Positions 53,232 through 64,000 of a DNA stretch of 64,000 nt are shown here, piece by piece. The notes beneath the pieces were generated by a model. The model did not search any database and was not told the DNA's origin. It saw nothing but the letters and a program-made list of their open reading frames with translations. Both the position numbers and the translations under genes were made by a program. The stretch comes from Callorhinchus milii. Lineage: Eukaryota. Location of the stretch: contig NW_024704743.1 in the NCBI RefSeq assembly GCF_018977255.1, forward strand, positions 48,238,001 to 48,302,000, read 5' to 3'. The stretch's first letter is position 1, and every line of letters begins with the position of its first letter.

Positions 53232-56200
53232 TAGTGGAAGTGTAGACCCATCATACTTATAAGCCCTCATCCCAATTTTCCATTTTGTCCTTGGAGAACT
53301 GGATTATTCCAATATAAATACAGATTTATAATTTCATGCCTCAATTTGAAGGGAGCTATCTTCTTTTAATTTGGTGATAGTAAGTCCCAGTTCTTTTTCT
53401 GTGATTGGGGGCAATCCAAATGGAGTTGTTGCCAATACAGACTTGATATAAAAGTGGATCAATGTAGTCTCCTGGCATTTGTATTCAATTTATAATATTG
53501 AATACAAATGCCAGTGATTTATAATGATTCAAAGTTATTTGCAGTACATTACCTGAGCAAGGTGAAAACTTGATCAAAATCAGATCGAAATCCAAAGGCA
53601 GTTGGCGCCATTCAGTACAATCTTTTAGAGGTTTTTATGAATGCTGGTTCTTGTTCAGATTTTTTTTCTGCTTCTGACTCGATATTCACTTAGCACCTCC
53701 GCATAAGAACATGCGCCTATCCTCTTTGTGGGAGGTAACTGGGTCTCCGTGGGGCTCGGCGGGCTCCAAGGTCACATGCCTGGCTATGGAATCTTGGAGT
53801 TCTTCCCACTTGACATCTGTTAACTTGCAAGTCAATGCCCTAAAGGGCAGGATGGTCCGAGACAGACAGGAACCTTGCCAGACTGTTTTTCAAAGGCAAG
53901 CTATGCAGTTTTAGCTGTTCAAACTCCAGCAGTACCCCAACCCTTTGGCTTTCCGGAACTAGGTAAGGAGGGTGTGTCTTCCAGGAAGAGAGTGCGCATT
54001 CCAGACGCTGGGTAATTTCAATGTATTGGTGGCTTCTACTTGCGTAGCTGTCTGGTTTGAAACTCACAAGCATGGTGATGGGTGACATGAATAAGAAAAT
54101 GTGTGAGAATTGAATGTGTAAGATTATGAGCACAAACCCACTTTTACTAGTTTATAGTGTAGTACTTTGGTGCTCCAATTCACTAAACAGCACCTTCAAT
54201 CAAAATAGATTTCATGGTGTTACTCAATTTGAAGAAAGTAGTGCTGTCTATGTCACTCTAGTTCATACATTGAAAGATGCTTTGTCCAAATTACCAATTG
54301 TAGGATTTATAATTTTTGGACTGTTTCCTTTATTATTACACAGGACATCTACTAATTGCCACTTTCAGGTATTTCGCAGATGAGGTTGGTGGAATAATAT
54401 GAAAGACCCTTTGCAAGCCTTGTGAGTGAAGGAAAAAATATACTTTATTGGGATGAGTTTTGTGTTTGATTTTAAGTGTGTAATATATATTTACTGTGAA
54501 TTCATCTGGAAATCCTGATAAACTGGGTTCGCTGAGGCATTGCAACTAAACCATTATTTAGTTATACAGGTAGTTTGAAATAGGACAGTAACACAAGTTT
54601 GGCACAGGCTATAATCCCTTCTTAAATCTAATTCAGGTTTCACTTTTATACATTTTTAGCTAAGCATTATGATTGCTACAATTTCCATTTGAAATAGAAC
54701 TTAAATTCCTAGAGATTTCATTCAACAGCCTCTTTTAAAAGCATGAAATGAATAGATTATACCATAATTAGTCGGCAGAGAATGACCTTTGACACTGCCA
54801 TCTCGTGTTACGAGATTATTGTTGGTAAAACAAAGTTGCTTCCACCTGATTGCTCCAGTTGTGACAAATATTCAGGATAAAGAATTACTAACAACAAAAA
54901 ACAACAATGGAATCATTAACAATACAGACCATATGCTGCAATGTGATCTTTTAAAATCTTTATACCTCTTGAGATTCAGCTATGGTCTTTATTGTGCTAA
55001 CCACAAAACAGATTATGTACTGTACCAGCCAACTTTGTATTTAAATAAATGAGTGGACCAAATTGTGAAGGGAGTAAAAGTGAGAGGATACACTTTGCAG
55101 AAAGTTTAAGTGTACAACAGCTGATTTATTGAGACCCTTCCCCCCAAAAAGAAACGCACTTACGTTGCCTTGATTGGGAGTGAAGGATGACCGATGCTGT
55201 GAATTATCCATTGATGCCATTAAACACTCTTTGTTCTTTGAGCAATGTAGGAAGAGGCTGTCCCAGTTACTTTTTTCTTCTCTGGATGACTCATCTCAGA
55301 CTGCCAAATTACTGCTGCTTCTAACTCCTTCCTTTGTAAATGTAATTGTAGATTCTGTCAAGTCTAGGATTTAAAGTCAGATATTACACACTGCAGTGTT
55401 TTAGCTACAGTACAAGTTTAGTTGCCTTTTTAATTTTTCCGTATAACTGGAATGCAGGTGGAATGCAGGAGCAAGGAGTGGAAATAAGTAGTTGGAATAG
55501 CATCTACTTCGTCTGCTGCAAACTTTCCTTTAGTGCCACTGTGAGAAATTGAAACTTCTCTGTCAGAACAGTTAATGTAACAAATTACAGTATTTTACTT
55601 AGCCTAGTACTGTACTTACACTTAGAACAACTATTCCCCCCACTTTACTGTTAAACATCTATTTTCATTTTTAAATGTGGTGGGTGCAATCATTGTGTTA
55701 ATCAGTGAATATACTAATTATGCACTTCATAAACTCACATTTATGAAAATTGTTTTTTGTTTGCATACAGCAGTTGTGATATCCCATTGATTGAAGCTTT
55801 AAGATATTATCTTTTACATTAATCTTTAATCACATTTATATTTTATTTGCGGGATTTCCAACATTTATAACAGTTTAACAGTTCTCGTGTACATAATTCT
55901 TATTCCTTGCAATTTTGAACTTGTTTTCACCAACCCTTAATAAATGCACTTAAAGTCTAAAGGAAGATATGAGATAATAATAAATAATGATAATCCTTGC
56001 GCCTTATCACGTCTTCGAGACTTGTATTGTTTAAAGTACAATGCAATCACCATATTTTATAGAATCAAATCTTTAATTTGCAATGTGCCTTTTAAAATTG
56101 TTCTTTCAAATATCTACTAACTTTAGCTTGAGAAGTGCTTTTAAAGCACACAGAATACTTTTTTCCTGCTCTTTACAACTTTTCACTTTTTGGTGTGAAA

Positions 56201-57014
56201 TTCCCATTGGTCTAACAATGGGGCTGCAAATTGTCCAATAGTTCAGGAACACACCAGCACAGAGAATGAGAAATTATGTTTAAGAAATAGTAACAGAATT
56301 TTAATCCCCTCCTCTAAACAAAGATTGTATTATAAAAATATGTAATGTTAATTGCACAAAGGATCTCTTTCATTTTGCAAGTTTTCTATATTAGAATTAA
56401 AAGTTCTGTGTCAGACTTGGTCAATAGATTGTGCACATTAATGAAATTAGCATGTATAGTACATCTCCAAGTGCATCAGTCTCCAGGTATTCAATGCTAA
56501 TTTACTATTCATTTTCAAAGTAGGATGCGAAACTGAGTAACCTATCTGGCTAGGCAGACTAATTACATTGCTTTGATCGAAAGAACAAAAACAACCATTT
56601 GCCTGATTGATGGGTCACAATAATCCTGACTCGTCACAGTGATGTACTCCAGTTCAGCAATGAAAAGCTCATCTTGATGCATTCAACTTGTAGTTGAGTT
56701 TAGTATGTCCAACAAAACCAAACCGATTTTGCCAAAAAACTTTTGAGCTTCTTTGAGCGATTGTGTCGTTTGCTTTACTGTCTAACCTGGATATACAATA
56801 CTCTAATTCAGTGTAAATGGAAGTACTCTGAAGATGTTCAGTGTGTCAACTTCTTTTTGCTTCTGTGAGAATCTGAAAGCTGACTTTCCCATGGAAATTT
56901 CTTAGCAAATCAGACATTATGAATTGTCACAAACTCAGATCTGTTTTCACAATTTAATTCTCTTATTTTTTTCACAGTTGAAACTTGCTATTAACTTTCC
57001 TGCTTCCTTTGTAG

Positions 57015-57120
57015 ATCTTGAAACATTTGCACTTGAGGTATTAAAGGGAGAGAACCTGTCCAAGAAGGCAAAAGAGAAGAAAGATGCACTTTTGAAAAAG
57101 CTAAAGGATGTCAAAGCAAG
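57015..57120 (+). CDS. SKAP2: SKAP2 coding exon 2 (DLETFALEVLKGENLSKKAKEKKDALLKKLKDVKA), N-terminal dimerisation domain
   Basis: Acceptor ctttgtag| and donor CAAG|gtaaga; 106 nt. The peptide matches the recalled vertebrate SKAP2 segment DVETFVADILKGENLSKKAKEKRESLIKKIKDVK. Confidence 0.96.
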
Positions 57121-57743
57121 GTAAGAAAGTTTTTGAAGATCAAAAGTATTTGCTTTTTATTACTTGGTTAAAACAGTGAAGTGAAATAGTATTTTGAACA
57201 AGAAATCTGAACATCAGGTTCACAATTAAAATCAAATACAGTGCAAAATCTGATTCTAAATCTCATTTCAAAATCGTTTTGGTTTGACTGCTAAGGATCT
57301 GTACACATATATATATTTCTAGATTTGGAACTTGTCAAGCAATTTATTTATGATGATCAAATGAGAGAAAAAGGTTGCATGCTCTGTGTATATATTTGCC
57401 TGATATAAACATGGATCAATATTTTTTTCAGAATTGTACAGATTCATAAATTGTAAACTAAAATTTATCAGAGAGCTGTAGAATTTTACAACCCAAAGAA
57501 GGCCATTTGGCACATCATGTCTATGCAGGTGCTTTGAAAGAGTAATTTATTCAGTCCTATTTATCAGCCTTTTCCCCATTGCTCTGCAAATTACCCCTTT
57601 TAGATATCTATCTACTGTACTGTACTGTATCTAATCTGGATTCTGCTTTGACCACCACACCTGGCAGAGCATTCCACATGCCAATGATCCTTGTGTTTTA
57701 AAAAAAATCTTCCAATCTTCCTCCTTTGCTAATTATCTTCAAT

Positions 57744-58602
57744 TGGAGAGGATATTGCACAATTCATATAGATATTTATTATATAGATATATATACATAC
57801 ATATACACACATACAACGGAAGTCACTTAAACCAGATGCTGGTTTACCTCGGATGGCGGGTAAATCGGAGAAGATGCTTGGCCCTGATTCATTTGTATTT
57901 TTACCTGTTATAAATATGCCGGTTAATTTTGGACAAAAAAATCAGTTTATCTGGACAAAATGCCACGCTGATGGTCGCTTCTGCATCAACTGACTTGTGC
58001 CTTTTGTGCGATTCAGTCTCGAGTAGCTTCATTCAGACTCGATCCATTTACGAGCTGCTCCGGGCAGTCAATCAGTGAGGGGGGCGGAGGAACGGGAAAA
58101 AAACGAGGGAGGGAATGGAAATGGAGATGGAAGGTGTCAAATCCGGTTTAAGCGGCTTTCACTGTATATCATAAGCTGAACAGCTTAGTGCAAGTGCAGA
58201 CTTAGAGTTTTGCTGACATAGGATTTAAGAACTGATAGTAGACATAACTAACTGCATGACTGAATGAAATTAGTTTTAGATAATTAGAGATTGTAAGGAA
58301 GAGGTAGGATAAAGGTTAGGGTTATTAGTTGCAGAGTGATAGTTGCAGAGAAAGAAACAGCACAAACGGGCGTGTTTTAAGAAAAGCTATAAAAGTAGAG
58401 AGGGCACATGTGCGTGTGTACTTGGGGGTCAGGAACATGCAGGTGTGGTTTAACTCCTCGCCTCCCAATGGGTGCCATGTGGGTAAGTGTGTACCTTACG
58501 CTGTATGACTTATGTACGCTGTCTTAATAAAATCATCAGATGAACCGACTCTTGGGTCTTGAACCTTTATTTAGAAATAAAAGTGCAAGTTTTCGCTTCC
58601 CA
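57744..58602 (+). mobile_element. Probable solo LTR (contains the MITE)
   Basis: TG...CA ends with weak inverted similarity (TGGAGAG / CTTCCCA), TATAAAA at 58388 and AATAAA at 58526. It interrupts a CR1. No clean TSD found. Confidence 0.5.
57814..58164. mobile_element. Tc1/mariner-pogo (Tigger-like) MITE, 351 bp
   Basis: Imperfect TIRs CAACGGAAGTCACTTAAACCAGAT and (reverse complement) CAGTGAAAGCCGCTTAAACCGGAT, flanked by TA on both sides. Confidence 0.8.
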
Positions 58603-59143
58603 ATAATCCCTTCTATTCACCAAATCATCAACCAGTGGAAATAATTTCTCACTATAGACCCCTCAAAACCCCTCATAATTTTAATGACTTCTATCAGACC
58701 TCATTTGAATCTTCTCTGTTCCAATGAAAATAGGCCCAGTTCCTATAGTTTCTGTTCATAGATTATCCCTGTAAATCTCCTCTGTACCCTCTCTGTGGCC
58801 TGAAATCCTTTCTAAAGCTGGGTGGCCGAAACTGGACACAATTCTCTAACTGAAGTGCACCTAACGATTTATGCAGGTGAATAACATCTCTGGTTTTATT
58901 GTCTATACCCCTAATCATAAAACCTAGGCTTCCATTAGCCTTTGATTAATTTTACATTTTTCTTTGAAGCACTTGTTCTACTGACAGAACGCTCAGTGGG
59001 GAATTTAGTATTAATAGTTTGTATTTTGGCTTAAGACAGACATTACGGCAAACCACATTTGTTAGACAAACAGAGTACTTATGCAAATTGACACATTATT
59101 TGATTGCATTTGCAAATGGAATAATTTGAACTTTCTTTTCCAG

Positions 59144-59169
59144 TTATCCTCAAGAATTTCAGGAGAAAG
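59144..59169 (+). CDS. SKAP2: SKAP2 coding exon 3, 26-nt micro-exon (SYPQEFQEK)
   Basis: Acceptor ctttcttttccag| and donor AAAG|gtaagt. Phase 2 in, phase 1 out keeps the frame. Matches SKAP2 (S)IYLQEFQDKG. Confidence 0.93.
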
Positions 59170-59821
59170 GTAAGTCGAGTTATTATAAATTTTGCTGATT
59201 CATATTTTATTGCAGAAGTTGTGAATAATTTGCTCAATATATACTTATCATTTAATTAAGACATTTGTTAAACTAATTTTACAAATCTCAAATCACACCG
59301 TTTCATTGGGAAGATGCTGAATAATTCATCCCAAATTTAGAATTATGAAATCACAACAATGTTGAAGGACCAAGTAACAAAATCTAGGTTGGATCTTATC
59401 TTATGTAGCTGTGGTAACTAAAGGAATGGTGGTGCTTTTATGAAAGGAAGGAAAGAAACCCAAATGAAGAATATCCCAAACTACTCTTCTGCAACTCCTC
59501 AGTCTAGGTTCAATTTGGTATTGGTAGAAGCCCGTCATCCACCTACTTACTGTATGTAATGTTCGGCCCAAGGGATAAAAAATGGTGGTAGTGGGGGAGG
59601 GGAAATCCTCCTGTAACACAAAAGTTTATATAATCTAGTTATAGATCATTAAATGTACAACATTTTCCCAGATTTAATAATAGCTCCCTTAAAAGATTTG
59701 TATTCGTAATGAAAGATTCTGAAATGGTGTATGAAAGCGGAGTTATCAGTAGTTTTGGCTCATTAGTTCTGTTTCTTTTATAAACTTGGCACCAGTATCA
59801 AAACCGGCTAAGATGGGAGAT

Positions 59822-59839
59822 GGCTCCCTCTGCTGGTCA
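59822..59839 (-). promoter_or_regulatory. CTCF-like motif in SKAP2 intron 3
   Basis: Minus strand TGACCAGCAGAGGGAGCC fits the CCASYAGRKGGCRS core with one mismatch. Confidence 0.55.
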
Positions 59840-62329
59840 AATCTCAGCCAATGCAAATTCTAAGTATTCAAATCAAGAGGTGGTTTCTGACGATGGTAGT
59901 TGCAACCAATTGTAGAAGCCTTTTACAATGACTGCCTTGCTTTTATAAATAGCATAGCTTTATGCAAAACAGAAAGAGGAGGTCTTGGACACATGACTAA
60001 TTCTCTATTTGTGAAGATTCAGAGTGTGTAGAGCTTTCTGTATATATAGAGACAATAGAAATTGTACCATGAATTTTTTAGTAATAATATTTTTCTGAAT
60101 TAAGAGTTTCATGAGCAGTATTTAGCTATGATTTGAGAATTGCACTGTTTATATCAGTACAATGAACGCGTTTTCAATCTGTATTTTCAAATAGATTTTA
60201 TCAGACTGAAATTTACGTGGTAACTTCAGGTGCTCAGCACAATTTTCTTGTTTATCTCCTTACAAGTAATGATATTTGCCTCACTCTGTTCTTTTAGTGA
60301 GAAGTTTAAAGAGTAATTTCTGGTATGAATTACAGTAATGGAAAATATTCATTTTTTAAAGATGAAGTTAGTATATATTTCCTTTAAAACAAAATCCTCC
60401 AAATTGAAGGCAGGAAATTGATTGTACCTACCAAAATAGTACAATAGGTTCTGTTGACCTGTTACAGCTGAGTTGACTTTTCTCCCAAGATACCACTTGA
60501 AGAGGTCATGACCTGGTAGGCTGTGGCCGTTGGTAGGAGGGTCAAAGCTTGAGGTCAACAAGAGCTTGTGTGAAACTTAGGGAGAGAGGTTTGTTACCTA
60601 CCAGCTGTGAACAGATTTACCCTGAGTAACTAATATCTGTGGCTCTTGGTCTTGAGAAGGGTAATGGCAGAGTGTAGTAATTCTGAAGTCCAGCCAACCA
60701 GATTGATTAAGTGATACCTTAAATATAGTTGTATTTGCTGCATTCAATAAGACTGAATGCAAAAATACACATAATTGGAGCATTTTTAAATCATACTTGA
60801 AACTTAAACTCAAACATTAGCAACCTCTTCACTTTTGTCTTGACGCAACTATCAACTAATTTTATCCTTTGTTCATTTGTCTGTTTAAGAAACAAATTGC
60901 TTTCATTAAGGGCTGATTTACATTTGGCTCCACTACTAGTGTGGTAATCCCTCAAATACTTTGGATGTCATACATTGTACAAATTAAAGAATAGTCGTGA
61001 CTCGAGGTTAAAATTAATTTGATTATTTTAAAAAAGAAAATTTCTGAACCTGATATTTTGTAAAATTGATTGATTCTCAAATTTGTCGACTTTAAAATAA
61101 TACCGTAATTGGTAACATTAGACAAGTGTTCAAAGTAAAGTGATACAAGCTGTAATAGGCTTCATTTGGACATATGCATTTATAGCTTTTACAGTTACAT
61201 GGTGAAGAAAGTAATTCAATAAAATATTTCTGTAAAATCTAGCACATTTCAACAAATATAGTGAGCAGGTGGCAGCTAGCTAACCCATGTAATTTATGAT
61301 TAATAAAGTCAAACCATTATTATAACACATTACATAACCATTGTTTCTGGAAAAAATGTTACACTATAAAACTGGATTGATTAATAGTTTTATTAGCTGT
61401 AAGCATTGCAACTGCAATGCTGACATGGGCTGCTTTGACAGATATTTGGCTGGAGTAGTGAGCCAAGGGTTTAACAGCTCCACGTGGTACAAAGTGATGA
61501 CATATTTTACTGCACCAACATAAAACAGTTTAATGTAACTCAATGTCCACTCCTGACTCTTCAAAATGCATCTTTAACATAGAATATTGTGTGTTTACAT
61601 CATCAGGATTTTTTAAAGTTGTCTGTCAAGACGGTTAATGTGATTGCTTTTGTTGGGTGGTTTCTGTATTAAAAAATGAGTCAGCCTCTTTGATTTGTTT
61701 GCCTGCTGCAATCTGATATCCACTTTATGCTATTTCAGTTGCTATTTGTAATAAAACGAATAGAAAGCAATGCTTGCCAATAAGCAATCTAGTTTTGTTT
61801 AAGGTTACATCTGTTTTAAATAGCAAATTAAGTCTTACTATAAATGTAACAATTGGATAATCAGTTTTCTATAAGCGCTATTGCTCTGAAATCATAAATT
61901 CCAAGTACCTGCCAAAAGATAAATCCTAAAATGCACTTGCCTGCTTTGCAGGCATGTGAACATGAATGACACAGGAATTATGCTTACTTTCTATATACTG
62001 TATATTCCATATTTTGAATTATCTTTTTAATTCTTCATAAGAAACTACATAGGCAACTTCATCCTTTTTGATATCTTTCTCAAGATTGGATATGCGGATT
62101 GCTGATCACATGACTACCTTCTGCGCACAAATAAAAAACTCACTTTTTTGATGCCCAGACAAGAAAATTTGTGCTCCCAGCATACTGTGATGTAAACAAA
62201 CTTTGTAGCAAGGTGGACTGACTTCAGTATTCTTGTCCACATCTTCAAATTCCTTCACAATCTTCTCCTCACCCACTTTTACAATCTTCTCCAGTGATAT
62301 TCGCTTGTCTGTTACCGGCGGCTCTGAGA

Positions 62330-62381
62330 TGATTGACAGCCTTGGAGCCACCCATTCACAAATGACTCCAGCTGTCAATCA
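62330..62381. promoter_or_regulatory. Inverted pair of PBX-MEIS/PREP decamers (candidate enhancer core)
   Basis: TGATTGACAG at 62330-62339 and CTGTCAATCA at 62372-62381. Confidence 0.6.
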
Positions 62382-63500
62382 ATTGTGATTTGACCCTCCC
62401 ATTTCCTCCCTTGTTTCTTCCCCGTTCCTCTGTGGCCTCACAGCAAACAGTGCGACATTTTGTCCGTATTAACCAGATTGTTGTACAAATTAACCGACAT
62501 GTTTAAAACTGATCAGAATATAAATGAACTGGGCCCAGACATTCTGTCCAATTTACCTGGCGTCCAGCTAAAGCGACTTCCACTGTATTATTAAAAGCAA
62601 TTCAACTTTCAAAATCTAGCTGGATTAATATCTTATTGGGATCATATTGGAGCTTATAGGGATATTCACAGACTTTGGGAAACCAACTTCTCAATATCAC
62701 AAGGGATTTGGTGTAATTTTTATGCTGATGAGCCCTAGTTTGATGATGTGGGGTGGGGTTCAGCAGAGGGAAGCAATGTTGTATAGAGGCCATGGGGATG
62801 GAACACTTTCTTGTTACTTTTGACAATGAGGAAGAATCTTATGGAAGTTTCTCTTTGAGATTTAGGAGTTTGAGTAAAATGCATAACAGGGTAAGTTTTG
62901 AGTGGTTTCTAAAGAAGTGGGCTTGATTGTTGAGAGGCCTGTTCTTATTTCATCTTTTATTAATTCCTGAATTGTGGTTAGGAAATAATTGAAAGTGAGA
63001 TTTTATTTGAAAGCTACCTCAGAATCTATTTCACAACTTACTTATACATTTCAAATGAACGCTTTATCAAGCTTCTCCACAAGGTTTTGAAGTAATCTGT
63101 TCTGTTTCAGAATGCATTTATTTTACAAAAATTTTAGATGCCTTGTCTTTACAGAACTGACAAGTGAAAAAATAACTTTGAAGTAAATACCTGATATTTC
63201 TACGGTCATTGATAAACTTTTAATAAATGTGCATTCTGTTTCTTTCTGCTTGTCTTTACCTTTAAATGATTGAGATATCATTTAATAGCTTTTTGGATCA
63301 CTATCTGCTGCTTACTAACACTTCAAAGGAAATGTGTGTGCATTGCTCTTGACTCCTTATTTAGCTGGCTCTAAGGAAATCTTTTATACAAATGAATATT
63401 ATTGCATTCTACTCAATTAAACTTTGTTAAAATTTAATAATTCTCCTGAGCATATAAACACAGAATGTTAACTGTATTTAAATGTTTAATTATTTGCTAG

Positions 63501-63599
63501 AGGCATCAGATGATTCAGACAACTATGAAGAACCTTTGGCAGATACCATTTCAATGACATCTGAACGTTTCGATAACCAGGATGAAGCTTCCCCTGATG
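63501..63599 (+). CDS. SKAP2: SKAP2 coding exon 4 (EASDDSDNYEEPLADTISMTSERFDNQDEASPD), acidic linker with the Tyr75-equivalent site; gene continues beyond the window
   Basis: Acceptor tttgctag| and donor GATG|gtatgt; 99 nt, in frame. Matches SKAP2 EEYDDPF...DTISLASERYDKDDEAPSDG. Confidence 0.93.
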
Positions 63600-64000
63600 G
63601 TATGTGATATTGTTTATCTTAGCCAGTGTTATTGAAACAATGAAATTTGATCCTCCAGAAGATGAGATAAGCAGATAGACTTCAAGTGAGAAGCTGAAAT
63701 GAATTTTTGAAAGCGTTATGAGGAATTGAAGAGCTCTCTCTAGTGGTATTCATTGTGTGTACAAGCAAGATTTTTTTTTAAAAAGGTGTGCAGCAAGATA
63801 TTGTGCTCAGATGGTACTTTTATTCATACTAGTGTGTACATTTATATGTACCATGTATGTCTAATACCATGTACGTAGTTGATATACCAGTTTTGATGCA
63901 ATATGCAATATCTTGGTATAAGGTTGTTCTCACTGTTTGAAAGCACTGTGAATATAGCAGTCATGGTGATACTATTAGAAAAGTTGTACTTTTGTATATG

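Larger units (their letters stand above)
57480..58930 (-). mobile_element. CR1 3' fragment split by a ~860 bp insertion (CR1 parts ~57480-57743 and ~58605-58930)
   Basis: gaaggccatttgg tail, agagcattccac, cccctcataattttaatgacttctatcag and aaatctcctctgtaccctctc are typical reverse-strand CR1 segments. Confidence 0.75.

Noticed and set aside
56924..57014. N-terminal part of ORF 56924-57124
   Set aside because: Intronic polypyrimidine sequence. SKAP2 similarity begins at the 57015 acceptor.
61261..61280. Second CTCF-like motif (gagcaggtggcagc)
   Set aside because: Lacks the conserved 5' CC of the core; too weak without data.
1..64000. CRISPR array, operon or other prokaryotic system
   Set aside because: The sequence is spliceosomal-intron vertebrate DNA. 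No regularly spaced repeat-spacer array or dense ORF packing is present.

Overview
AT-rich, repeat-dense vertebrate genomic DNA, most likely from a cartilaginous fish (inferred from the repeat families). The only protein-coding gene I can support is the 5' part of SKAP2 on the + strand. It has a CpG-island promoter (~42.9-43.4 kb) and four GT-AG coding exons: 43320-43359, 57015-57120, 59144-59169 and 63501-63599. They splice in frame to MESLPGDVRSLITDLETFALEVLKGENLSKKAKEKKDALLKKLKDVKASYPQEFQEKEASDDSDNYEEPLADTISMTSERFDNQDEASPD(G), and the gene continues past the window end. The first ~43 kb is non-coding; by known gnathostome synteny it is probably the HoxA1-SKAP2 interval, although no Hox gene is visible here. 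Repeats include a young tRNA-Ala-derived SINE with an L2-type tail, older DeuSINE (SacSINE1/AmnSINE1-like) copies, L2 and CR1 fragments, an unclassified poly(A) LINE with a C-terminal zinc-knuckle-like motif, MITEs, a probable solo LTR and a Penelope-type hammerhead relic. The most notable observations are: an upstream ATG whose frame is set by a GT microsatellite; an inverted pair of perfect PBX-MEIS/PREP decamers, a nuclear-receptor site cluster and a CTCF motif in an apparently TE-free intron 3; a candidate DR2 retinoic-acid element at 14.75 kb; a near-identical 1.67 kb tandem duplication in intron 1; and several nested insertions. All family assignments come from recognition by eye; no searches were run.
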